A DNA stretch of 52,993 nt from a virus. Lineage: Duplodnaviria; Caudoviricetes. Below the pieces are notes generated by a model. It saw nothing but the letters and a program-made list of their open reading frames with translations, did not search any database and had not been told where the DNA came from. The translations under genes were made by a program, and so were the position numbers. The DNA lies in IMG/VR virus record IMGVR_UViG_3300048834_000646, positions 1-52,993 of that record. The stretch is one strand, 5' to 3'. Of this stretch, positions 34,402 through 42,909 are shown one piece after another (within the stretch, counting starts at the first letter, position 1; every line of letters begins with the position of its first letter).

Positions 34402-35415
34402 ATGATGAAGCGTCCGCATCTCGTCACGATTCCCGGAGGGCGTGGGCCGAAAGGCCTGCGTCCTCCGATGCGGCTGCTCGTCAGCTACACCGCCCCGGGG
34501 ACGTCCCCCTACATCGATGACTTCTGCGCCGGCGCGCGCGCGTCGGGGTGGCGCGTCGTCCATCGCGAGGGCCGGCTGTGGACTGCCGGCTGCGACCTGA
34601 TCGATTGCGACCTGGTCGTCGTCAACGGAACGCGGAGCACGCCGGGAGTGGTCGCGGCGGCCTATCGCGCCGCCGGGATCCCGGTCTGCGTCTACGACCT
34701 GCCGCCCTTCCGCTTTGTGCCGGGAGCGTGGGCCGGTCTCTTCCGGGATCTCGCGGGCAACCCCTTCCTCCCCGCGGCGGGCCTGCCCGACCGTCTGAGC
34801 GCGTTTCCCCTGCCGCCGCGGCTCTCCCCCTCCCTCAAGGGGCCGTTGGTGCTCGTGGGGCAAGTGGCGACCGACAGCTCCCACCGGATCACGCCCGCGG
34901 AGTATCAGGCGTGGCTCCGCGACGCGGCCGCGGCGCTCGACGCGTCCGGGCAGCCGTGGGTCTACCGGCCCCATCCGAAGCAGTCGCAGCCCCTGCTCGA
35001 GCTGGCGGACTATCGCGCCTGCCCGATGAACGAGACGATCCCGCAGATGCTGCTTTGGGCCCGCGGCGTGATCTGCTGGGGCTCGACCGTGCAGTACGAG
35101 GCGCTCTATCATCGCGTCCCGGTGTCGATCGGCGTGCGCGGGGACGCGCTCCTTCCCGCCCCGCGCTCCGACGCCGAGGCCGATGCAATTCTGCAGGCCG
35201 TCGGCTGGAATCAGTTCAGCCCGGACGAGCTGCGCTCGGGACTGGCGATCGGGATCCTGACGGACGGCCCGCCGATCGCGCCGGCCGCCGAGCCCGCGGC
35301 CGAGGAGATTCCGATCGCGGATCCGGATCCGGCCGAGGATACAGCGGGGCCAGCAGCAGAAGCGCCGCGCACCAGCGCGCCGCGCCGGCAGCGTAGTCAG
35401 CGGAGGTCTGCGTGA
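34402..35415 (+). CDS. Capsule-synthesis (KpsS/KpsC-like) glycosyltransferase-fold protein
   Basis: LVGQVATDSS, YRPHPK, GSTVQYEAL..VPV, NQFSPDELRSG; low-complexity C-terminal tail. Confidence 0.75.
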   Translation: MMKRPHLVTIPGGRGPKGLRPPMRLLVSYTAPGTSPYIDDFCAGARASGWRVVHREGRLWTAGCDLIDCDLVVVNGTRSTPGVVAAAYRAAGIPVCVYDLPPFRFVPGAWAGLFRDLAGNPFLPAAGLPDRLSAFPLPPRLSPSLKGPLVLVGQVATDSSHRITPAEYQAWLRDAAAALDASGQPWVYRPHPKQSQPLLELADYRACPMNETIPQMLLWARGVICWGSTVQYEALYHRVPVSIGVRGDALLPAPRSDAEADAILQAVGWNQFSPDELRSGLAIGILTDGPPIAPAAEPAAEEIPIADPDPAEDTAGPAAEAPRTSAPRRQRSQRRSA

Positions 35416-35933
35416 GCTTCACCCTGGTTGCAACGCCGGGAGCCGACGACGCGAATTCCTATCAGGAGCTCGCGGCGTTCAAGCTCTTCCTTGAGAGCTA
35501 CCCTTGGGCCCCGACGAAGACGGATCCCCAATGGAATCAGCTGCTCGCGCAGGCCGCGCGGCTCATCGATCGATTCCGCTATCTGGGCACGCCGAGCTTC
35601 CCGGGCGTGCAGGCGCTGGCGCATCCCCGCGAGTACCTGCCGATCGCGGACAGCGACGGCACCTACTACGACCCCGCCGCGATCGCGGTGCCGGTCGTCC
35701 GCGCCCAGGCGGAGCTCGCGATCTGGCTCGGGCAGAGCGACGCGGATCCGATCGAGCCGACCGGCCTCGAGGAATTCACGGAGGTGAAGCTCGGCCCGCT
35801 CGCGGTGAAGATGGCGGAGATGCCGCTCGCGCAGCTCAAGCCGATGATCCCGCCGAGCATCATGATGCTCCTGAGCCCGCTGATGAGTTCCTCCAGCGTG
35901 CCCGGGTTTCGCCGGATCGTGCGGACCGCATGA
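35412..35933 (+). CDS. Head-tail connector/adaptor
   Basis: ANSY, QALAHPR, AQAELA, VKLGPL; position. Confidence 0.8.
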   Translation: MSFTLVATPGADDANSYQELAAFKLFLESYPWAPTKTDPQWNQLLAQAARLIDRFRYLGTPSFPGVQALAHPREYLPIADSDGTYYDPAAIAVPVVRAQAELAIWLGQSDADPIEPTGLEEFTEVKLGPLAVKMAEMPLAQLKPMIPPSIMMLLSPLMSSSSVPGFRRIVRTA

Positions 35934-36310
35934 GCGCGCTCACCGGCAAGCTCGCGCGCATCGCGCTCAAGCTGGTCACCAAGTTCGGTGGTCCGATCAC
36001 GATCACGCGCAACGCGACGGGCACCTACGTCCCGGCGACCGACAGCTTCTCGAGCGGGCCAACGACCGCGTCGATCACCGGCAAGGGCTTCGCCGCCACC
36101 GAGGACCGGCTCAAGCTGGATCCGCGAGGAGACTTCGCGACCTCTGAGGTGCTGCTGCTCCTGGCCGCGGATCCGACGTGGACCTTCACGCCGAACGAGA
36201 TCGGGCTGCGCACCACGTGGGCGGGCCGCGGGTGGCGCGTCGATCGCGCGGCGCAGATCAATCCGGAAGGCGCGCAGGTCGTGCTCTGGCTGGTGGGGCT
36301 GGCGCAGTAA
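35930..36310 (+). CDS. Head closure protein
   Basis: LVTKFG..ITI, YVPAT; ATGA overlap; position. Confidence 0.7.
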   Translation: MSALTGKLARIALKLVTKFGGPITITRNATGTYVPATDSFSSGPTTASITGKGFAATEDRLKLDPRGDFATSEVLLLLAADPTWTFTPNEIGLRTTWAGRGWRVDRAAQINPEGAQVVLWLVGLAQ

Positions 36311-36714
36311 TGTCGCGCAATGTGGACGACTCGCAGTGGGACGGCGTGATTGCCGACTTCGCCGCGCGCGTCGAGCAGTTCGGGCCGGACTACGTCTTCG
36401 GCGTCGCGATCAAGGCGCACGAGCGCATCAAGGAGCGCACGCCGGTCGGGGACGGGCCCCTCGCCGGCACCGCGAAGAACAGCTGGCAGCTGACGGCCGA
36501 GGCGGCGGGCGTGTACGAGATCACTACCGACGTGGTGTACATGCCGGTGCTGGAGTTCGGCGAGTACCCCGGCGTCGGGCCGCGCACGGTGCAGACGCCG
36601 GAGGGGATCTTCTCCTCGCAGGCCCCGGCCGGAATGTTCCGCATCACCGCGCAGGAGCTGCCGGCGATCGCGGATGAGGCCGCCGCCGAGCTCGCGCGAG
36701 CGATCGAGGGATGA
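36310..36714 (+). CDS. Neck/tail-completion protein (HK97 gp10-like)
   Basis: RTPV..G..KNSW, Y..VLEFG, SSQAPAGM. Confidence 0.8.
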   Translation: MSRNVDDSQWDGVIADFAARVEQFGPDYVFGVAIKAHERIKERTPVGDGPLAGTAKNSWQLTAEAAGVYEITTDVVYMPVLEFGEYPGVGPRTVQTPEGIFSSQAPAGMFRITAQELPAIADEAAAELARAIEG

Positions 36715-37163
36715 CGACGCGCCGGCAGGTCAAGGCGGGGCTGCGGGGCTGCCTGGTCGCGGTCAGCGGCCTGCCGCCGGCGGCGCGGCGCAAGTGGCAG
36801 AACCGTGACTTCAAGCCGCCCGCGGTACCGACCGACGTCGAGGGCACCGGGGCAAACTTCGTCTGGGTCGAGGACGCGTTTCTGTACGGAGCCAGCACCC
36901 TCCGCGAGCTGAATTCCCGGACGCGCACGCGGCGCACGGAGATCTATCAGATCTCGCTGCGGGCTCCGCGAGACTTCGGGACGAACATCCTCGATGATCT
37001 CGCCGACGCGATCGAAGACGCGTTCCGCGCCGCCACGATTCTCGGCGATCCGGGCAACGAGGCGACCGCGCTCACGATCAACGACGTAGGTGTGGGCCCT
37101 CCTCTCGAGGAGACAACATGGTGGCATCTCCCGGTGTCCATCTTTTTCCAGTACGACCACTGA
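36711..37163 (+). CDS. Tail terminator protein
   Basis: WQNRDFKPP, YQISL, WWHLPVSI; position before tail tube. Confidence 0.75.
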   Translation: MTTRRQVKAGLRGCLVAVSGLPPAARRKWQNRDFKPPAVPTDVEGTGANFVWVEDAFLYGASTLRELNSRTRTRRTEIYQISLRAPRDFGTNILDDLADAIEDAFRAATILGDPGNEATALTINDVGVGPPLEETTWWHLPVSIFFQYDH

Positions 37164-37180
37164 ACGCAGAGGGGTGAACC

Positions 37181-38086
37181 ATGGGACGTCAACGCTCGAT
37201 CATTGGCCTTCGATACGCCGCGCAGCCCACTCCGCTGACCGCGCCGACCACGGGCTGGAAGGGACTCCGCTTTACCGGCGAGTCGATCAAGACGGATACG
37301 CAGGTGGTCCGCTCGAACGAGATCGTGGGCAGCCGGGAATCGTCCGGCGCGCTGCGCGTCGGCCAGACCGGCGGCGGCGGGATCAATCTCGAGTGGCACT
37401 ACGAGACGTTCGATGACTTCCTCGACTTCGCGCTCGGCGGCGGCTGGGTCAGCGACGTGCTGACGGTCGGCCCGGACCCGTCGCTCTTCGCGGTCGAGAA
37501 GGCGTGGGGCGACCTGGCCACGCCGAAGTTCGACCTGTACACCGACTGCCAGATGACCGGCTTCACGATCGAGGCGACGCTCGGCGGCATCATCACCGGC
37601 GGGTTCACCTTCGTCTCGAAGGGCGGCGTGATCGGGACCGCGAAGGCCGCGTCGGGCTCCGTGGCCGCGGTCAACGCGAATCCGATCTGGACCTCCACCG
37701 ACTGGATCCGCGCGATCGCCGAGGGCGGCGCACCGATCAGCGGCATCACCTCGTTCAAGCTGCAGGCGCAGATCGCGTCGCGCACGCAGGGCGAGCTCGG
37801 CACGCCGGACGTGACCGGCACCGCGGCCGGCGAGTTCGTGCTGACCGGCTCGCTCACGCAGTATCTCTCGGACACCGCGCTGGTGGCCAAGGCGCGCGCC
37901 TTCACCGATTCCTCGCTCTCGGTGGAGCTGGGTGGCGTCTCCGCGAAGAAGTATGTGATCGACATCCCCGCGATCAATTACCAGACCGACTCGGAGCTTG
38001 CGGGCGGCAAGGGTCAGGATGTATTCGTGGAGACCCCCTGGGAGGCGAAGGGGCCCGGGACTCTCACCATCACACGGACGGCCTGA
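37181..38086 (+). CDS. Major tail tube protein
   Basis: LRFTGESI, SNEI, GGGIN.E; position. Confidence 0.85.
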   Translation: MGRQRSIIGLRYAAQPTPLTAPTTGWKGLRFTGESIKTDTQVVRSNEIVGSRESSGALRVGQTGGGGINLEWHYETFDDFLDFALGGGWVSDVLTVGPDPSLFAVEKAWGDLATPKFDLYTDCQMTGFTIEATLGGIITGGFTFVSKGGVIGTAKAASGSVAAVNANPIWTSTDWIRAIAEGGAPISGITSFKLQAQIASRTQGELGTPDVTGTAAGEFVLTGSLTQYLSDTALVAKARAFTDSSLSVELGGVSAKKYVIDIPAINYQTDSELAGGKGQDVFVETPWEAKGPGTLTITRTA

Positions 38087-38502
38087 TGAGCTTCAACCTG
38101 ACCAAGCAGTTCGGGACGGATCCCGATACTGAAATCAACGGCTACCGCTTCGAGCTGGGCGGCGGAGCCTTCATCCTGATCGCGCGCGAGGACAATCCGT
38201 TCTACCAGCAGGTGATGCGGGACGTCCTCGAGCCGTACACCGCGATCATCGGCAAGATGGAACCGGCCGAGTTCGACAAGCTCCTCGTGAAGGGCCTCGC
38301 CAAGGGCATCATCCGCGGCTGGGGCGGGCTCACGGAAGGCGAGGATGATACGCCGGTCGGCGAGTACTCGCCGGAGAAGGCGGAGGCGCTGCTGCTGCAG
38401 CCTGGCGACTTCCGGAAGACCATCGAGGGGATTTCGAAGCAGGTCCGCTTCTACCGGCAGGCCAACCTGACCGCGACCAAGGAGACGCTGGGAAACGAAT
38501 AG
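38086..38502 (+). CDS. Tail assembly chaperone (G-like)
   Basis: IRGWGGL, YSPEKAEALL; TGATG coupling; ends in a slippery site. Confidence 0.85.
   Translation: MSFNLTKQFGTDPDTEINGYRFELGGGAFILIAREDNPFYQQVMRDVLEPYTAIIGKMEPAEFDKLLVKGLAKGIIRGWGGLTEGEDDTPVGEYSPEKAEALLLQPGDFRKTIEGISKQVRFYRQANLTATKETLGNE
38490..38496 (+). other. -1 programmed frameshift slippery site G GGA AAC
   Basis: X XXY YYZ heptamer just before the stop; the -1 frame is open into the 38511-38840 ORF. Confidence 0.85.
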
Positions 38503-38840
38503 TCTGGGAGATGGAGTGGGGGCCGTTCCTTGAAAAACTGGCCGGCCCCATCTCCCGCGGTGAGTGTGTTTTCTGGAACGAGCAGCCGGTCGTCCTCGCC
38601 CAAGATCGCTGGCTGCTCGGGGCCTTTCGAGATCTCAACACTTGCCGCACCGTCGGCGTTCGCGATGGCCTGATTCCATGGACGGCCATCGATGCCTATG
38701 CGAGGCGCTATCGCATCGTCGGCGAAGACTTCGAGACCCTGGCCGCGGTGATCCGGCACATGGACCTCTGCTGGATGGAATTCCATAACGAGCGCTCCGC
38801 GAAGGAAGAGGAGCCGGAGCCCGAAGACGATGCCAGCTAA
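38496..38840 (+). CDS. Tail assembly chaperone, frameshift extension (T-like)
   Basis: AFRDLNTCR, IPWTAIDAYA, IRHMD motifs; -1 frame. Confidence 0.8.
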   Translation, partial: RIVWEMEWGPFLEKLAGPISRGECVFWNEQPVVLAQDRWLLGAFRDLNTCRTVGVRDGLIPWTAIDAYARRYRIVGEDFETLAAVIRHMDLCWMEFHNERSAKEEEPEPEDDAS

Positions 38841-41800
38841 CGTCGCAACACTCAGACTCACGATCGACGGCTCCGGAGCTATCTCCGGAGTCTCGTCGTT
38901 TTCGGATGCCGCGCGCGGCGCGACGGCCGCCGGCGAGGAGGTGAAGACCAGCGCGATGGAGGTACAGGCGGCCGTCGACGCGATGGGCCGCTCGCAGACG
39001 GAAGTCGCCGCCGCGATCGACAAGGAGTCGGCCGCGCTGGCGCAGGTCAGTACCGCGCTCGCCGGGACCGCGCAGGCGCAGGAGCAGTTCAACCTGGCCA
39101 CCGAGAGCGGCCGCGCGGCCCGGGACGCGTATTTCGAGCAGCTCGATCGCGAGGTGGCCGCGGAGAACGCCGCACGGCAGGCCGTCGAAGCGCACATGCA
39201 GGTGGTCAACGCGCAGACGCGGGCCACGCAGGAGCGCGGGCGGGCGGAGGCCGAGGCGTGGGTGCAGAGTCTCAAGTCGGCCGAGGCGACGCAGGTCGCG
39301 ACCGAGGCGGAGCAGAAGCGCCTTGCCTCCTACCAGAAGCTGGTCGCGAGTACTGAGAAGTCGATCGTCGGCCTGAAGGAGGAGCTCGCGCTCGCGCAGG
39401 CGAACGCGGCCGGCAACCTCGAGGAGGCCGACGCGATCATCGCCTCGGCCAACGCGCGGCGCGCCGAGATCGAAGTGCAGCGGCTGTCGATCGGGCGCAA
39501 CGCGGATGAGATCGCGCAGATCAAGCTGATCGTGGCCGAGAAGCAGCGGCTCGTCACCTCGCTGCAGCAGACGCAGAATGCCTCGAGCGGGACCGCCCTC
39601 ACGAATGGGAAGCTCCGCTCCTCCCTCACCTCGCTGCTCACGACGGTGGCCGGTGTCCCGGGCCCGGTGGGGCAAGTCGCGAGCAGCCTCTCCTCGATGG
39701 CGATCGGTGGCGTGGTCACGGTGGGCCTCCTCGCGGGGCTCACGGCGATCAGCTACCTCTACGAGAAGCTGACGGCCAACTCCCGCAAGCTGCGCGAGGA
39801 AACCGAGCGGCTCACCAAGTCCCTCAGCGAGCAGGCACAGGAGCAGGCGGGGCTCAAGGCGCTCAGCGATCGCGCGCTCCTGCTCAAGCAGGTCGAGTCG
39901 GCGCAGCTAAGCCTGTCGCGTGCGCAGGCCCGCGAGTCGCGGCCGGTCGAGTTCAACCCGCGCACCGACCTGCCGGTCAGCCGGGGGTACGGCCCCAGCC
40001 TCGCCGACGCGGAGAAGAAGGCGGCCGAGGCCGCCGAGGTCCTCGCGCAGTTCGATCGGAACGCGTCGGCGCAGCTGATCGGCTCCACGCAGGCCCTCGC
40101 GGTCGCCCGCGCGAAGGCGACCGGGGATCTCACGAAGATCGAGGCGGCGCAGCGCGCGGCCGCCATTGCCTCGCTCGAGGCGCAGATCAATGCCACGCAG
40201 GGCCTGACCGTCGCGCAGAAGGAGTATCTGCGCGTCACCGGCCTCGCCACGATCGAGCTCGACCTGCAGGCGGTGGCCACCGAGAAGGCACGCGCGAGCA
40301 GCGACGCGCGGCGGGCCCAGCTGGCGCAGGTCCGCACGGCCGAGTTGGACGCGGCGATCGCCCTGGCGGATGCGGCGAAGGACTACGACGCCAAGCAGCG
40401 GGCGCAGGCGGCCAAGACCGCGTTCGAAGTGAGTCAGCAGCTGATCGGCATGGACCACCTGAACGCGGCCGAGAAGGAGCGCTATCGGCTCGCGCGCCTC
40501 TCCGGGGACGCGATCGCCACGCAGGCCGAGAACACGCGGCGCACGGAGGAGGTCGAGAAGAAGCGGCTGACCACGCTCAAGGCCTCCTTCGATTCCGAGC
40601 GGTCGCTGCAGGAGCTGGTCGACAAGGGCGCAACGCTCCGGAGCCAGCTGAATCAGAGCGACCTGGCGCAGGCGCAGACGGCGCTCGAGATCCGGCATCG
40701 CGCGGAGCAGGCGGCGCTGAAGGAAGCGGCCGCGCTGGACCCGATCATCGCGGCCAACATCGAGATCCGGCAGACTCAGCTCGACGTCAATCAGGGCCTC
40801 GAGCGGCAGCTCCTGCAGCGCGACGTGCTCGCCCGCACCGCGCAGGAGGCGAAGGATCTCGCCGACCTGCAGTATCAGGGCGATCAACTCGCCCTCGCGC
40901 TCGCGGGGAAGTCGTACGAGGCCGAGGTGCGCGCGATCGACGCGACGTACAAGCACGCCGTCGCCGCGCTCGACTTCGCCAGGGCGCAGGGGACGATCAG
41001 CGAGGGGGCCTATCAGGCGCAGCTGGCGCAGCTCAAGCACAACCAGTCGCTCGAGCAGACGCAGGTCGAGTACAAGGCGCTCGGGGGCATTGCCGATCAG
41101 GTGCTCAGCGGTCTCTCGAGCGCGACCGACGATCTCTTCCGGGATCTGCTCTCGGGCGGTACCGACGCCTTCGCCAAGCTCGCCGAGAGCATCCTCGGCA
41201 CGGTGCAGCAGCTCGCGATCGACCTCGCCAAGATCGGCCTGCTGCGGGCGCTGGTCGGTGGCGACACGGCCGGCCAGTCGCAGGAGGAGCTGGTCAAGCA
41301 GCTCAGCGGGAAGCTGACCAAGGTGCTGGCCGATGTGCAGAAGAAGATCGGCAAGGAGGGCGTCGGCGCGATCGCCGGCGCGGCGGTCGGCTTCGGCGTC
41401 GGCTCCTCGACCGGCAGCCCGCTCGCCGGCGGCCTCTCGGGCGCGGCAACAGGCCTCGCGGTCGGCGGCCCCGTCGGCGCGATCGTCGGTGGCATCGGGG
41501 GCATCGTCGGCGGCCTGCTGGGGCACGCGAATTCGATCAAGCAGATCCAGAAGACCTACGACACCGCGACGAAGAATTTCGAGCGCTCGCTCGATGAGTT
41601 CGTCAAGGGGCTGACCGGCGTCTATGACGGCTATATCGGCCAGCAGAACCGCCTCAAGGATGCGGTCGCGGCGCAGGGGGATCAGGCGCTGCGCGTCTTC
41701 GATCTCTCGCTGCTCTCGCGCGATCTCGAGAAGTTCGGCGTCGACTACGCGGATCTCTCCAAGATCCTGAAGGAGGAGGGGGTCGAAGGGATCAAGCGCG

Positions 41801-42909
41801 TGCGAGATCTCTTCGCGGGATCGGTCAAGTCCACCAAGGACATCGACATCCTGATCGCCGAGCTGGAGAAGCTCGGCGGCGGGGCGACCGAGGCGGCCGA
41901 CAAGCTCGCGGCGGCGGAGTCCGCGCGGCAGACGCGCATCTCGCAGGATCTCGAGTCGCAGCTGAGCCAGGCCAAGCTGCGCGGCACCGAGGATCCGGCC
42001 GCCCAGCGCGCCCTCGAGGATCGCCTGCAACAGCTCGCGCAGGAGCGGCGCTACATCGAGGCGACCGCGGAGCTCTACACCGAGCAGCAGCTCGCCACGC
42101 TCCGGCTCCTCGACGCCGAGGAGACGCTGGCCACGCAGCGCGAGCGCGCGGCCGAGGATCAGCAGGCGCAGGCGGCCGCCGAGCGGACCGCCCGGGACTT
42201 CTCGCTGGATCTCCTGCAGCGCGAGGCGGCGCTGTCGCAGGACGCCGACCAGGCGAAAGCGGCCGGGATCGCGATCCTTGCCGCGCGGCAGCAGGACGAG
42301 GCGGCCGCCGCGCAGAAGCTGCTCGATGCCGGCACGCTCACGCAGGAGCAGTTCGAGCGCCTTGCCGCGGTCATGAGCGGGGAGATGATCGCCGCGCTGA
42401 ACAGCACGAGCGGGGCGATCGACCAGATCGCCACGGCCGCGCAGATTCTGAGCGACAACGCCTCGGCCCTGAGTCAGCAGTTCGATGTCTTCGGGACGGA
42501 TCTGGACGAGCAGGTACGCCAGCTGGGCGAGCTCTACGGATTCCAGGGGAAGTCGATCGAGGATCTGCAGGCGCTGTACACCAAGGTGACGCCGGGGGAG
42601 GCAATCTCCGAGGAAGCGAAGACGCTCAACGACGAGATTGCGCGGTTCATTACCTTGCAGCGGCAGGCCGATGCGGCCAACACCGTGAACGCCGGCACGG
42701 CCGACACGGCGCGTACCGCGCGGGCCACCTCCCCGACCGGAAACGTCATCAATGGCAATGTGGCCGTGAGCATCACGATCAACACCACGAGCAACGAGCT
42801 GAACGATCCGGAGCGCTCGGCCGAGGCGATCGCGACGCGCGTGAACCGGATCCTTGGTGGCCGCCTCTCGCTTGAGCGCCGCGCGCGCGGCTTGTCGCTG
42901 ACGGTATGA
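38830..42909 (+). CDS. Tape measure protein
   Basis: 1359 aa, Ala/Gln/Glu helical, Gly-rich hydrophobic patches; follows the chaperones. Confidence 0.92.
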   Translation: MPANVATLRLTIDGSGAISGVSSFSDAARGATAAGEEVKTSAMEVQAAVDAMGRSQTEVAAAIDKESAALAQVSTALAGTAQAQEQFNLATESGRAARDAYFEQLDREVAAENAARQAVEAHMQVVNAQTRATQERGRAEAEAWVQSLKSAEATQVATEAEQKRLASYQKLVASTEKSIVGLKEELALAQANAAGNLEEADAIIASANARRAEIEVQRLSIGRNADEIAQIKLIVAEKQRLVTSLQQTQNASSGTALTNGKLRSSLTSLLTTVAGVPGPVGQVASSLSSMAIGGVVTVGLLAGLTAISYLYEKLTANSRKLREETERLTKSLSEQAQEQAGLKALSDRALLLKQVESAQLSLSRAQARESRPVEFNPRTDLPVSRGYGPSLADAEKKAAEAAEVLAQFDRNASAQLIGSTQALAVARAKATGDLTKIEAAQRAAAIASLEAQINATQGLTVAQKEYLRVTGLATIELDLQAVATEKARASSDARRAQLAQVRTAELDAAIALADAAKDYDAKQRAQAAKTAFEVSQQLIGMDHLNAAEKERYRLARLSGDAIATQAENTRRTEEVEKKRLTTLKASFDSERSLQELVDKGATLRSQLNQSDLAQAQTALEIRHRAEQAALKEAAALDPIIAANIEIRQTQLDVNQGLERQLLQRDVLARTAQEAKDLADLQYQGDQLALALAGKSYEAEVRAIDATYKHAVAALDFARAQGTISEGAYQAQLAQLKHNQSLEQTQVEYKALGGIADQVLSGLSSATDDLFRDLLSGGTDAFAKLAESILGTVQQLAIDLAKIGLLRALVGGDTAGQSQEELVKQLSGKLTKVLADVQKKIGKEGVGAIAGAAVGFGVGSSTGSPLAGGLSGAATGLAVGGPVGAIVGGIGGIVGGLLGHANSIKQIQKTYDTATKNFERSLDEFVKGLTGVYDGYIGQQNRLKDAVAAQGDQALRVFDLSLLSRDLEKFGVDYADLSKILKEEGVEGIKRVRDLFAGSVKSTKDIDILIAELEKLGGGATEAADKLAAAESARQTRISQDLESQLSQAKLRGTEDPAAQRALEDRLQQLAQERRYIEATAELYTEQQLATLRLLDAEETLATQRERAAEDQQAQAAAERTARDFSLDLLQREAALSQDADQAKAAGIAILAARQQDEAAAAQKLLDAGTLTQEQFERLAAVMSGEMIAALNSTSGAIDQIATAAQILSDNASALSQQFDVFGTDLDEQVRQLGELYGFQGKSIEDLQALYTKVTPGEAISEEAKTLNDEIARFITLQRQADAANTVNAGTADTARTARATSPTGNVINGNVAVSITINTTSNELNDPERSAEAIATRVNRILGGRLSLERRARGLSLTV

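Noticed and set aside
35412-35933. DnaT-like replication protein
   Set aside because: Position between the head and neck genes indicates a head-tail connector
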